NCBI GenBank assembly: GCA_035531115.1
Contig: DATKTP010000172.1
Span: forward strand, 18,965-82,964
Reading direction: 5' to 3'
DNA length: 64,000 nt
DNA from: Candidatus Deferrimicrobium sp.
GTDB lineage: Archaea; Asgardarchaeota; Lokiarchaeia; Helarchaeales; HEL-GB-A
Part shown: positions 42,059-52,643 of the stretch, piece by piece
Layout: every line of letters begins with the position of its first letter
How positions within the stretch are numbered: position 1 is the first letter of the stretch
Translations under genes and position numbers: made by a program
Notes under the pieces: model-generated
What the model was told of the DNA's origin: nothing
The model's database searches: none
Seen by the model: only the letters and a program-made list of their open reading frames with translations

Positions 42059-42832
42059 TCATGGTCCAAGTCCAATGCCTGGCCATCCAACGGTCATGTG
42101 CCATCCGATTTTATCGACAAAGATGTACATACTTGAAAGTGTTCCTCCGAGCCCATGCGAAATCGAAACCGTCAGCATATTGGGCGTCTCATAAAAGTTC
42201 CATGCCCAAAACGTGCCCGATATAAACGTGAAAGCAACCAATGGGAAATTGAAGAGGTGATAACTGCCAAATATCACCCCTGTAAAGAGGGAAATGAAAA
42301 TTCTATTTCGCCGGTCATTTCCTGGAAAAATTTTTCGTAGCCGGACATGGATGAATGAGAGAAAGAGCACCTGCTGTAGCAGTCCCCACCCAATATAATA
42401 AATGAATTGGGCAATGAAATCGATGTATATATTTTCAAAACCGAACACCTCCAGCGAAAATCCCCCACCTTCCGGCGTCGTAATCGTGCCTATTATAAGC
42501 GCAATAAGAAAAATGCTCGCCACCATGCTGGATGTTAGAACCAGAAGCACATCCTTTGCACTTTTTTTTAGATTATCAGTACGAATAAAAAGCGTCTTCC
42601 AACTTCCAAACCCTCGCTCTGCACAGGTATCTTTATGGAGATATTGAGAGAAAAACAAGATATAAAGTAATAAAATCCCGCCCAGAATATACGCACTAAG
42701 AAGCAGGGGAAAAATATGTTCAAACAGTGCCACTAATAATATGATATAAAAATATACAAATGTAACGATGATTATATCAAATGCATGCCCTTTTCGTGAT
42801 TGCCAGAAACTCTTTTTCTCATTGTTTTTCAA
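42059..42832 (-). CDS. CPBP-family (CAAX protease/Abi-like) membrane protein with substituted catalytic motifs
   Basis: Motif 2 FGSYHL present; motif 1 reads LLQQVLF (EE->QQ, R->L); motif 3 SHGLGG lacks N/D. Confidence 0.5.
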   Translation of the reverse strand: MKNNEKKSFWQSRKGHAFDIIIVTFVYFYIILLVALFEHIFPLLLSAYILGGILLLYILFFSQYLHKDTCAERGFGSWKTLFIRTDNLKKSAKDVLLVLTSSMVASIFLIALIIGTITTPEGGGFSLEVFGFENIYIDFIAQFIYYIGWGLLQQVLFLSFIHVRLRKIFPGNDRRNRIFISLFTGVIFGSYHLFNFPLVAFTFISGTFWAWNFYETPNMLTVSISHGLGGTLSSMYIFVDKIGWHMTVGWPGIGLGP

Positions 42833-42895
42833 AATATGATCACTTCTTAATGAAATAAATGTTGTTCAATGGTTTTGATGAAATTGAAAAAAAAA

Positions 42896-43372
42896 TTAGA
42901 TTGGAAGCGGCTTAGTTTTTCGGTAGATGAATAAGACAAATAACCCAAGTAGTGCAAGAACTAAGAGAGGGTTAAAACCAGGAATGGCAGGTCCCTTATT
43001 TTCAGTTAGTATATAGATTTGCACAGATACACCGCCGGGATTATGGAAATGAGCCCAATGGGTGCCATTTTCTTTTGCAGTGAATTCATAGGAGCCGCCA
43101 ACTGAATCGAGTATGGTATGAAAGACCCCCCCACTCGCATTTTCAAAGGAAACATCAACTGTGCCTCCTGAAAGGATGTTCCACCTAACATACCACCGAT
43201 CACCGGGGTCTAGATCCGAGCCTCGTCCATATGATCCGCCCGGACCAATCGAAGTGGTTATTTCCCATGCTAGACCGTTGACTGGAACCATTAAGACCGA
43301 AAATTGACATATACCAAGTAGAACTAAGCAAAGCAGAAGCTTGGAAGAAATCGTTTTTTGGTGCATGCCCAA
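42896..43372 (-). CDS. small secreted protein with PGF-CTERM anchor
   Basis: Signal peptide; C-terminal AIPGF + TM + RKTK. Confidence 0.55.
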   Translation of the reverse strand: MGMHQKTISSKLLLCLVLLGICQFSVLMVPVNGLAWEITTSIGPGGSYGRGSDLDPGDRWYVRWNILSGGTVDVSFENASGGVFHTILDSVGGSYEFTAKENGTHWAHFHNPGGVSVQIYILTENKGPAIPGFNPLLVLALLGLFVLFIYRKTKPLPI

Positions 43373-43518
43373 AATTTTCTAAGAGGATATATTTAAAATA
43401 ACACCCTTTAGCCAATGCCGTATTATACAAATTACAAATAAGTTAAATTCTGAAATTCACCATTTTACATAATATTTAAAGCGTCCATTTATTAGAAAAT
43501 TGTACGTGAATCTTGTAT

Positions 43519-44919
43519 TTAATATCGTTGACTCAAATCATAGAAGAAGCGGGCGGCGAACATTAGATTGCCAATACTCAACCGCTCATTATACCCATGA
43601 ATCATCTCTTTGAATGTCTTAGTCGTCAGCCCCTCATCTACCTGCATCGGCACAAATCCATACGCTTGTATTCCTTTTTTCCGAAAGTGGAGCAGATCAG
43701 TAGATCCAGGGGATAGAATTGGAACTAACTTTGCCTTTGGATCAAGATTCTGGATCGTTTGCTTTATTCTTTCATAAAAATCGGTATTAATAAGGGTTAA
43801 TCTTCCGGGCTGATCCTCAATTTTAACCAGTTCCACTTCCGCAAATAATTTTTTACCGAAAATCTTTTTCAATTCCTCATACAGCGTTGCTCGATCATAG
43901 CCGGGAAGTAATCTACAATCTAACGTGGTTTCACATACGCCTGGGATATTATTCTCTTTGTCTCCCGCACGTATTATTGTAGGTGTCATTTTATTTTGAA
44001 CTAAAGGAAGTACCAAATCTTTCAGTTCCTGCCCGGTCAGTTTTTCAGCAATCCAGACCGCGAATCGCACAAATCGTTTTGAAGTAATCAATTTTTTTGA
44101 GAATCCCCCCCCAGGTAAATCAATGGAATTGATTGTATCTTTAAAAATATCTTGAATAATAATTGGTTCTTTATATCGAGCCAATTTTTGAATGATCTTC
44201 ATCATTTTAACAATAGATGTTTCATTGCTATTAGGGGGAATTGATCCATGCCCCGCGATCCCTCGCGTCTTTATCTTTGTCCAATAGATACTCTTCTCCG
44301 CAATTTGAATAATGTAATTGTTATTTTTCGATTTAAGCGGCATCAGCTGTCCTCCACCCTCCGACACGACATTATCGGCTTTAATAAGGTCAAATTTATT
44401 CTCTACTAACCATCCCGGACCGAAATGTCCGCCACTTTCTTCATCTGCTGTAGCCGCAAAAACGATATCTCCCTTTGGCTTAAAGCCTTCCCGATGAAGC
44501 TGAATATATGTCATTAATTGCGGGGCGGTTACTCCTTTACAATCCACTGCCCCGCGTCCCCAAATAAACCGATCTTTTAATTCACCCGAAAATGGTGGCA
44601 CCTCCCACTTTTCAACATCTTGGGACGGGACCACATCTATATGCGAAAGTAATAAAAGTGATGGTTCTCCAGACCCCCCTTTTAATCTCGAAATTACATT
44701 CCCTCTGCCCGACGCGCTCTCCACCACCTCTGCATCAATCCCTTCTTTTGAAAGATAGGACTGTATCCATTCCGCTGCCTTCGTCTCGTTGCCCGGTGGA
44801 TTAGTTGTATCAATTCTAATCAATTCTTGTAATATCTTTATTGTTTCGGTTACAATTTCTTTCGGAAAATTATGACTCCTCGTTTCATCAATTTCCATAT
44901 TCACACAACCTCCATTCAT
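43519..44919 (-). CDS. M20-family metallopeptidase (ArgE/DapE/ACY1-type)
   Basis: HIDVVP, GRGAVDCKG, ATADEESGG metal-binding motifs. Confidence 0.8.
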   Translation of the reverse strand: MNGGCVNMEIDETRSHNFPKEIVTETIKILQELIRIDTTNPPGNETKAAEWIQSYLSKEGIDAEVVESASGRGNVISRLKGGSGEPSLLLLSHIDVVPSQDVEKWEVPPFSGELKDRFIWGRGAVDCKGVTAPQLMTYIQLHREGFKPKGDIVFAATADEESGGHFGPGWLVENKFDLIKADNVVSEGGGQLMPLKSKNNNYIIQIAEKSIYWTKIKTRGIAGHGSIPPNSNETSIVKMMKIIQKLARYKEPIIIQDIFKDTINSIDLPGGGFSKKLITSKRFVRFAVWIAEKLTGQELKDLVLPLVQNKMTPTIIRAGDKENNIPGVCETTLDCRLLPGYDRATLYEELKKIFGKKLFAEVELVKIEDQPGRLTLINTDFYERIKQTIQNLDPKAKLVPILSPGSTDLLHFRKKGIQAYGFVPMQVDEGLTTKTFKEMIHGYNERLSIGNLMFAARFFYDLSQRY

Positions 44920-46338
44920 TTAACTACACTCACTATAATACTTTAAATAATTAGCTAACGCTCGAATCCCCCGATAAAAGGAGGGAAACACGGGAACGTG
45001 AATCTCGTGAAAAGCGTCCCGAAATTTCCGGGATTTCTTCTCCAACGCTAAATTCTCGGACGTATTCAAGAGTTCCCTTAATATAACAATAATGGGAATG
45101 TTATTCTTCTCTTTGTAATTCTTGATTATCCTGAACATCAATTTTAAATCTATGACAAAATCGACAATGAAATCATATATAAGCACTTTAATATTTGGAT
45201 CGCTCATAAACACATCCAATACTTTCTTCTGGTCTCCCATATACATAGGATTGCCTATATCAAGGGGATTATTTATCGAGGTCCCCTCCAGGGGTAATAA
45301 ACTTTTGAGTTCTTCTTTTCCTTCTGATAATTTAGGAATCTTAAGCCCATACTGATTCGCAATATCACTGATCTCGATTCCTATGCCGCCTCCACCCCCG
45401 ATTACCCCGATCTTATTTGTATAATCGATCTTTTTTTCTAAACGTGGTAAATATGTCATCGCTATAGTGGTATCTAATAATTCTTCGAAACTATTTACCA
45501 TTAAGATTTTATTGCGATATTGTTGGAAAAATCCTTTCCAGACTTCGGCTTGCCCGCTCAAAAATCCTGTGTGGGACGTTGCAGCTCGTGCTCCATCTTC
45601 TGTTAACCCACTTTTCCATAATATAAGCGGCTTGCTAATTCCCCCGAGCACTTGTTTCAATTTCTCCATGTTCCTCACTCCCTCTACATATGCTGCTACT
45701 ACTTTGGTCTCCGCGTCGTTATTCAGAAATTCAAGGAAATCCGGGAGATCTAAATCCAACGCGTTTCCATAGGAAATTACTTTGCTAAATCGCAATCCTG
45801 CACTCTGTCCTAAAAGGGTGAAATTTACGGAATGTCCTCCACTTTGAGAGAGCATTGCAACATTTCCAGTTTCTCTCGGAAAATCTCCGCCTGGAAGTAA
45901 GGTGATTCCACCATTTGGATGGTAAATTCCGAAACAATTCGGACCAATAACCCGAACTCCGCACTCCTGTGCAACTTTAGCAGATTCCTCTTCCAATTGC
46001 TTTCCTTCCTCTCCCGTTTCCTTAAATCCTGCCGTCAAGATAATTACTGACTTCGTTTTTCCTTTACATTTCTCAATTTCTGTTGGTACCTGGGTCGCTG
46101 GGACCGTAATATACACTAAATCAATCGGGGCTGGAACATCTTCCAGTTTCCACGAATCTAACCCCTGTATTTTAATTCTTCTTGGATTCACCGGGTATAT
46201 TTTTCCCACATACTGAAAATCTAAGAGCGCTTTTAAAAATAGACTCCCAAATTTGAACGGTTTCGTGGATGCCCCAATAATTGCAATTGATTTCGGATGG
46301 AAAAATGGTTCTAGATTTGGAGACTCCATACATGTCAA
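44920..46338 (-). CDS. acetyl-CoA synthetase (ADP-forming) alpha / CoA-binding domain protein
   Basis: IAIIGASTKPFKFG CoA-binding, succinyl-CoA-synthetase-like ligase-CoA domain. Confidence 0.7.
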   Translation of the reverse strand: MTCMESPNLEPFFHPKSIAIIGASTKPFKFGSLFLKALLDFQYVGKIYPVNPRRIKIQGLDSWKLEDVPAPIDLVYITVPATQVPTEIEKCKGKTKSVIILTAGFKETGEEGKQLEEESAKVAQECGVRVIGPNCFGIYHPNGGITLLPGGDFPRETGNVAMLSQSGGHSVNFTLLGQSAGLRFSKVISYGNALDLDLPDFLEFLNNDAETKVVAAYVEGVRNMEKLKQVLGGISKPLILWKSGLTEDGARAATSHTGFLSGQAEVWKGFFQQYRNKILMVNSFEELLDTTIAMTYLPRLEKKIDYTNKIGVIGGGGGIGIEISDIANQYGLKIPKLSEGKEELKSLLPLEGTSINNPLDIGNPMYMGDQKKVLDVFMSDPNIKVLIYDFIVDFVIDLKLMFRIIKNYKEKNNIPIIVILRELLNTSENLALEKKSRKFRDAFHEIHVPVFPSFYRGIRALANYLKYYSECS

Positions 46339-46404
46339 TCTCTATCTGGAAATTAAAATTATTCTGAAAATATTGAAAATTGAAATTATCTATTCACAAG
46401 AAGG

Positions 46405-48084
46405 TTATTCTTCCTTCTCGCGTAACTTTCGACGGAATATCTTTCCAACGGGGGTTCTTGGAAGCGAATTTAAGAATTCAACTTTCCTTGGATATTTATA
46501 ACCCGCTAATTTATCTTTAGCCCACTGAATAATCTCCTCCTCCTTCACTTTTCCATGATACTCTTTCTTAAGCACAATAAATGCTTTAATGGTCTCACCT
46601 ATATTTGGATCAGGAATTCCTACAACCCCTACCTCTAAGATCGCTGGATGCTCACACAGTTTCTCTTCTATTTCTTGCGGCATTACTTTATAACCCTTAT
46701 ATTTAATCATATCCTTGGTGCGTCCTTCGATATAAAAATAACCTAGATCATCCATCCGTGCTAAATCCCCTGTTCGAAGCCACCCGCCCTCCAATATTAC
46801 CCTCGCTGTGGCTTCTGGTTTCTTCCAATAACCTTTCATTACTTGTGGCCCTTTGATTAATAATTCCCCTACTTGTCCAGGTTCTAATTCGTTCAAAGTG
46901 ATAGGATCTACAATTTTAGCGTCAGTATCGATGATCGGAATCCCTATGCTTTCTAATTTCTTTTCAGGAAGCCAAAGGGGTTGTATATGAGTTATAGGTG
47001 ATGTTTCTGTCAGACCATATCCCATTCCTATCTTAGAGCCCCCCGTTCCTTGTTCCCACTTCCGTGCCCACTCAGGTGGTAATGGTGCTGAACCTGAAAC
47101 ACTTGCCTGTAGGGAACTTAAATCTCTTTTTTTAAAATCAGGATGCTGAATAAGAAGGTTGAATATGAGCGGAATCCCTGCAAAAAGTCTGATTCTATAT
47201 TGCTCAATATCTGCCAAAATCTGAGCCGGATCGAAAGAATTGTATAGCAATAACATAGATCCTGCTGCCAATGCAATAATCAAAGTTTCAAATCCAAAAG
47301 TATGGCATAAAGGAAGAATTCCCAAAGCGACTGCTCGCCCAAATTCCTTCTCATATCGTTCTTTTTCCATATTGATCGAACATAAGGCATCTGCTACAAG
47401 GTTATTGTGAGTCAACATAACGCCTTTAGGAAGCCCTGTGGTCCCGCCTGTAAATAATAATGCTGCTAAATCGGTTAATGGATCTATATTAACTTGCGGT
47501 GACACTGGATCTTTATCTTGAATTAATTGCTCAAATGTAATTGCGTCATCTTTTGGCTGATCTGTGCCTAATAAAATAATATTGTCAAATTCGATGGATT
47601 GCTTTGCTTTTTTTATCACCCGATAATTGCTTTTATGCACAAAAATTGTATTTATGTTTCCAGCTTCTCTAAGAATATATTCGATATCGCTATCCTTCAA
47701 AAGTGGGTTGATTGGGGAAATTGATGCGCCGCACTGTGTGATTCCAAAAGATGAAAAGACAAATTCTGGTCTGTTGCCCGTCATAATGCCTACCGATTCG
47801 CCCTTTCTTACGCCTAATTCATACAAGGCATTTGCAACTTTATCCGCGTACCAAAAGATTTCTCGATACGTATATTTCTTATTTTCGGGAATATAGTAGA
47901 ATGCGACGTTATTTGGAATTTTCTGGGCAACTAATCGTACGTAATCATGAATGCAAATTGGATCAAACGTAATATTTTTAGGGATATTTGTAGGCCAGTA
48001 CTTCAGCCATGGTCTTTCTGGGTCAACATTGGCCGATAATGTTTTATATTCGAAAATTGGCTCCCAATTCATTTCATTTCTCAT
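46405..48084 (-). CDS. AMP-dependent synthetase/ligase (acyl-CoA ligase)
   Basis: LLFTGGTTGLPKGV, GYGLTETSP, GWLRTGDL. Confidence 0.85.
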   Translation of the reverse strand: MRNEMNWEPIFEYKTLSANVDPERPWLKYWPTNIPKNITFDPICIHDYVRLVAQKIPNNVAFYYIPENKKYTYREIFWYADKVANALYELGVRKGESVGIMTGNRPEFVFSSFGITQCGASISPINPLLKDSDIEYILREAGNINTIFVHKSNYRVIKKAKQSIEFDNIILLGTDQPKDDAITFEQLIQDKDPVSPQVNIDPLTDLAALLFTGGTTGLPKGVMLTHNNLVADALCSINMEKERYEKEFGRAVALGILPLCHTFGFETLIIALAAGSMLLLYNSFDPAQILADIEQYRIRLFAGIPLIFNLLIQHPDFKKRDLSSLQASVSGSAPLPPEWARKWEQGTGGSKIGMGYGLTETSPITHIQPLWLPEKKLESIGIPIIDTDAKIVDPITLNELEPGQVGELLIKGPQVMKGYWKKPEATARVILEGGWLRTGDLARMDDLGYFYIEGRTKDMIKYKGYKVMPQEIEEKLCEHPAILEVGVVGIPDPNIGETIKAFIVLKKEYHGKVKEEEIIQWAKDKLAGYKYPRKVEFLNSLPRTPVGKIFRRKLREKEE

Positions 48085-48138
48085 TAAAACACTTCATCTA
48101 TTAAATTATTCTATATTTTTTTAATTAATTTGTAAAAA

Positions 48139-48423
48139 TTAGATATAGCTATCAAATTGGCTAGGAATTTTTTTTTCATCAAGCCATTCACGGAACTCAC
48201 TGTCCGTCTTAAATCGTTCTTTAATGAGCCATAATAACACAGCAGGGACATTTTCTGATTTCACCGTCAGCCAATATTCATAATCACTATCGCCCCAATA
48301 TTTCTCAACGAAATCGCCAATATCATAGCCTTCCAATACAAGATTCCCTTCGTCAGTTATATACGCTTCCAGAGTTGAATGACTTGTATCCGTTTCTTTA
48401 TCGTATATCGTAATGCGTTTCAT
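48139..48423 (-). CDS. small acidic protein, tandem paralogue 1
   Basis: 94 aa; about 80% identical to the adjacent ORF. Confidence 0.5.
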   Translation of the reverse strand: MKRITIYDKETDTSHSTLEAYITDEGNLVLEGYDIGDFVEKYWGDSDYEYWLTVKSENVPAVLLWLIKERFKTDSEFREWLDEKKIPSQFDSYI

Positions 48424-48455
48424 AATTCATAATGTAATTTCTATATATTTAAGCA

Positions 48456-48740
48456 CTAAATATAATTATCAAATTGGCTGGGAATTTTTTTTGCATCGAG
48501 CCAGTTCCGAAACTCACTATCCGTCTTAAATCGTTCTTGAATGAGCCATAATAACACGGCAGGGACGTGTTCTGCCTTCACCCTCAGCCAATATTCGTAA
48601 TCACTATCGCCCCAATATTCTTTAACGAAATCGCCAATATCATAGCCCTCCAATACAAGATCCCCTTGGTCATCTATACAGGCTTCCAAGGTTGAATGAC
48701 TACTCTCTGTGCGTATATCGTATATTGTAATGCGTTTCAT
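48456..48740 (-). CDS. small acidic protein, tandem paralogue 2
   Basis: 94 aa; MKRITIYD...GYDIGDFV..YWGDSDYEYWL. Confidence 0.5.
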   Translation of the reverse strand: MKRITIYDIRTESSHSTLEACIDDQGDLVLEGYDIGDFVKEYWGDSDYEYWLRVKAEHVPAVLLWLIQERFKTDSEFRNWLDAKKIPSQFDNYI

Positions 48741-48778
48741 ACTGAATTATAGGATTTCTTGGTATTTAAGAGCTTATT

Positions 48779-49936
48779 TTATGACACTTTTTCACGCTTT
48801 TGCTTTTTCTCTAAATAAACGCAGCGGAGCCCCTGATCTCCTTGTTCTGTCAAGCACCTATTGCAGGAGATACAACCCGAACGCGAGGTTAAATTATCTT
48901 TCCATTTTGTTATTAAATCTGGCTCATGTACAAGGGGGCGCGACAGTGCTACAAAATCAACCACTCGTAATACTTCTTCCACAGTCTCTTTCGATCGGAT
49001 TCCTCCCACCAAAATGACTGGAACATTAATTTCTTTTTTAATAATTTCTGCTTGGGGAAGAAAATAAGCTTCATCTTCTTTAGATTTAATATTGACTCTT
49101 GTTGGAGAAAAATTTCCCAATAACATTGATTCATAGGCACCTCCGGAAGTTTCGATAGCTACGACCCCCTCTTCAACCATTCTTTTCGCAATAACCGTTG
49201 ATTCTTCAATTGTTAATTGCGGCTCAGTAACGAAATCCACTGTATTTAATTTCACGGTAATGGGAAACCTCTTATCTACTTCGTCTCGGATGCCCTGTAA
49301 AATTTCTTTAATAACTCGAAATCTATTCTCAAGAGATCCGCCATATGCATCTGACCGATGATTAAAATGGGGCGAGATGAATTCATTTAATAAATAGCCA
49401 TGGGCGACATGAAGCTGAACCCCATCGAATTCCGCTTCATAGGCACGTCTTGCTCCGGCAATAAAACTTTTAATGCATATTTCAATATCTTCTTGCGTCA
49501 TTTCCCTCGGCTTCACCTGAGTAGCTTGATCCCTTATTGCACTTGGTGCCATCACATCTAGTGTTTTTGCAAGTTCTTTAAAAATTTCCCTCCCGGCATG
49601 GGCTAATTGCGGAAATATTATCGTATCGGGATGATCTTTCACAGTTTTAACCAATCGCTTAAGGCCGGGCACCAACTCATCTTTATATATTCCCGTTTGT
49701 CGCCGCGTCGCCATTCCATTTTCCATGACATAAGTAAAGCCCATGGTAATCAATCCAACTTGATTTTCGGCTAATCTTTGAAATAACTCTATAAGCTTAT
49801 CACTCACAGTTCCATCCTCTTTTGCCAAGCCTTCTGCTGTAGCGGATCTAATGAATCTATTTCTAATTGTTAAATTTCCAATCTTTCCGGGTGAGAACAT
49901 TTTTAGATTTGACGGCATTTTTATCACAAATTCCAT
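48779..49936 (-). CDS. NADH:flavin oxidoreductase (Old Yellow Enzyme family)
   Basis: FMN TIM-barrel pattern HAAHGYLLNEF, GGIR..., C-terminal Cys cluster. Confidence 0.8.
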   Translation of the reverse strand: MEFVIKMPSNLKMFSPGKIGNLTIRNRFIRSATAEGLAKEDGTVSDKLIELFQRLAENQVGLITMGFTYVMENGMATRRQTGIYKDELVPGLKRLVKTVKDHPDTIIFPQLAHAGREIFKELAKTLDVMAPSAIRDQATQVKPREMTQEDIEICIKSFIAGARRAYEAEFDGVQLHVAHGYLLNEFISPHFNHRSDAYGGSLENRFRVIKEILQGIRDEVDKRFPITVKLNTVDFVTEPQLTIEESTVIAKRMVEEGVVAIETSGGAYESMLLGNFSPTRVNIKSKEDEAYFLPQAEIIKKEINVPVILVGGIRSKETVEEVLRVVDFVALSRPLVHEPDLITKWKDNLTSRSGCISCNRCLTEQGDQGLRCVYLEKKQKREKVS

Positions 49937-50032
49937 AAGATTGAAATCTGTTTAATAAAGTTATTAAAATAGATCAAAAAATTTAACTCCTATTTGCATA
50001 CCTAATGATGTTCATATGCGTAAAAGGATGGA

Positions 50033-50947
50033 TTGATGCTGAAAAACAGGTCGTTTTTAACGTTACGAGATTTTACTCCTGAAGAATTACGTTTTTTATT
50101 GGATGAAGCCAAAGATTTCAAATGTAATCGAGATATCTATAAAAAAAAGGCGCCACTCACTGGAAAAACCTTAATTATGGTGTTTCAAAAGCGCTCAACG
50201 AGAACCCGAGTGACCTCTGAACTGGCTATGACTGACTTAGGGGGGAGATCGATAGTCCTCAGCAAAGATGACATTCATTTGGGTACAAATGAGTCAATTC
50301 GGGATACCGCACTAGTATTAGGCCGAATGGCTTCTTGCATTTTAGCCCGAGTATATACTCATAAAGATCTCGTGGAATTAACGAAATATGCAGGAATTCC
50401 CGTTGTTAATGCTCTCTCCGATCTCTACCATCCACTACAAGGTTTGGCGGATCTCTTGACAATCGAAACCCATTTTGGAACCTTAGCAGAACAAAAAGTA
50501 GCATGGGTTGGGGATGGTAATAACGTCTGTCATTCGTTAATGATCGCATGTGCGAAAATGGGCGTAGATATGAAAGTAACAAGTCCGATTGGTTATGAAC
50601 CGGTCGAAGAGATTGTAAAATATTGCCAGAAACTAGGAACTGCTAAGATTTCCCTTTCAAATGATCCGAAATTGGCAGTATCCAATGCAACCGTGGTGGT
50701 TACTGACACATTTATATCAATGGGACAGGAAAATCTGCGAGCTGAAAAGCTGAACGCCTTCAAAGGATTTCAAGTGAATACTGAATTGATTAAGCATGCA
50801 AGCCATGATTATATTTTTATGCATTGCCTTCCTCGCCATCCGGAAGAAGTTACTGATGAGATTTTTTATGGAACGCACTCTAAGGTCTTTGATGAAGCTG
50901 AAAACCGCTTATACACAGCCGCTGCGGTTTTTAAAAATATTATATAA
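50033..50947 (+). CDS. argF: ornithine carbamoyltransferase
   Basis: STRTR carbamoyl-phosphate motif, HCLP motif. Confidence 0.9.
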   Translation: MMLKNRSFLTLRDFTPEELRFLLDEAKDFKCNRDIYKKKAPLTGKTLIMVFQKRSTRTRVTSELAMTDLGGRSIVLSKDDIHLGTNESIRDTALVLGRMASCILARVYTHKDLVELTKYAGIPVVNALSDLYHPLQGLADLLTIETHFGTLAEQKVAWVGDGNNVCHSLMIACAKMGVDMKVTSPIGYEPVEEIVKYCQKLGTAKISLSNDPKLAVSNATVVVTDTFISMGQENLRAEKLNAFKGFQVNTELIKHASHDYIFMHCLPRHPEEVTDEIFYGTHSKVFDEAENRLYTAAAVFKNII

Positions 50948-50971
50948 AAAATAAATATAAAAAAAAAACAA

Positions 50972-52567
50972 GTGGATTATATGAATTATGAGCAATTAAT
51001 CGATGAAGCGTTGAAAGATAACTCGATGCTACATTTATCTCTTAAAGATCTGAGAACAAGGCAAAATGCGTTGCTAGAGAGTTTCTTTAACCATCACTAT
51101 ACAAATTGTGAGAAATATCGCAAATTTTGTGAGGGGAGAGATATTAATCCAACCATGGTAAAGACTTTAGACGATATTTCAAAAATACCCCTCTTAGATT
51201 CTTTTAAAACGCTGAGAAAAACGCAATTCCGCAGTGTTAAGAGGAAAAATATTATCGCTCAATTTTCTTCGACTGGATCATCGGGAAAACCGCTTCTTTG
51301 GATTTCATTAGACCAAAAAACTATGGATTGGATGGTCCAAGGAATGGTATACCTCCTTCAAACGCATATCAAAATGAAACCAGGGGCAACGCTGATGATG
51401 CTTCCTGATGTTCCTCAATTAAAATTTGCCGCGACTTGTAAGAAAGTCATGTCGCAAATAGATAATGAGTATTTCTTCGGGCTGCGCGCTATTTTTGGAG
51501 ATGATCCAAGACCAATAATAGAACCAAATACGAAAGATATCGAAGAATTCATAAAACATCCTGCGCCTGTAAAAAATTTGATAGGTTTTCCATTTACTAT
51601 AACGCAATTATATGATTATTTAGAAGCGCATGATATCAAACTTTCGCTGGGTAAAGATGGTGTCATTGTTACGGGGGGTGGGTGGAAACCACGGCAAAAG
51701 GATAGTAAGTGGGCAAATATAACGCGTGCAGAAATGGAAAAATATATTTCAAATGCATTTGATATTCCAGTTGAGAATATCCGTGACGTATATGGATGTA
51801 CAGAAATTCTTTTAGGATATATGGAATGTTCACATAAACGGTATCACGTCCCCCCCTGGTGTTACCACGTTGCAGTCAATCCGGATGATCTCTCAATTCT
51901 AAAAAATGGTAATAGAGGTCTTGGGGTTTGTTATGATTTCGCATCTCATTCATGGCCTGCTTTCGTTTTAACAGAAGACTTTATCAAGGTATCCGATGAG
52001 CAGTGTCCTTGTGGGATTTCAGGGCAGACAATTGAATATCTTGGCAGAATTCAAGACGAAGATCCCCGGGGATGCGCTTTTAAATTTGAAGATAAATTAT
52101 TTTCAGAGGAATATTTAAGCAAAGATTCAGTGAAACCAAGTCCCCAATCAACAGATGGGCTCCTACAATTTTTGATTAAAAATAAGGCAGCGGTTTCTGG
52201 AAAATTTGTCAATGAAAATATCGATTTATTTAAAAAAGCGATAGCGATGATTAATGAAATCACCACTTTTACATCGGAAGAGCTAACTTTTGTTGAAGAA
52301 ATTGAAATCTTTAAATTTATCACGTTAGGGAAAATGCTCTGTTATAAGGAGGGAACGCCGACAATACTTTCCGAACAAGAAATCATGGAACATATGGGAT
52401 TGCCCCTTGAAGCCGTCAAAAGTATTCTCAAACTATTTGAAAAACGAGATTTTATTAAAATAGTTGAAAAAGATGGTAAGAAGCTCTATCAATATACGAA
52501 AAAAGCTGACGAATTTGGAGAAGCGTTTTATCCATTATTGGTTTGGGCAATCAAGTGGCTGAAATAG
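50972..52567 (+). CDS. adenylate-forming enzyme of PaaK/LuxE (F390-synthetase-like) family with extra C-terminal domain
   Basis: SSTGSSGKP AMP-binding-like motif near residue 100; about 150-aa C-terminal extension. Confidence 0.5.
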   Translation: MDYMNYEQLIDEALKDNSMLHLSLKDLRTRQNALLESFFNHHYTNCEKYRKFCEGRDINPTMVKTLDDISKIPLLDSFKTLRKTQFRSVKRKNIIAQFSSTGSSGKPLLWISLDQKTMDWMVQGMVYLLQTHIKMKPGATLMMLPDVPQLKFAATCKKVMSQIDNEYFFGLRAIFGDDPRPIIEPNTKDIEEFIKHPAPVKNLIGFPFTITQLYDYLEAHDIKLSLGKDGVIVTGGGWKPRQKDSKWANITRAEMEKYISNAFDIPVENIRDVYGCTEILLGYMECSHKRYHVPPWCYHVAVNPDDLSILKNGNRGLGVCYDFASHSWPAFVLTEDFIKVSDEQCPCGISGQTIEYLGRIQDEDPRGCAFKFEDKLFSEEYLSKDSVKPSPQSTDGLLQFLIKNKAAVSGKFVNENIDLFKKAIAMINEITTFTSEELTFVEEIEIFKFITLGKMLCYKEGTPTILSEQEIMEHMGLPLEAVKSILKLFEKRDFIKIVEKDGKKLYQYTKKADEFGEAFYPLLVWAIKWLK

Positions 52568-52643
52568 ATTCGACAAACCAAAAATTGAATAAATTGATTA
52601 GAATTGACACAAAATTACGTTTAAATTACGGCGAGGGCTAAAA

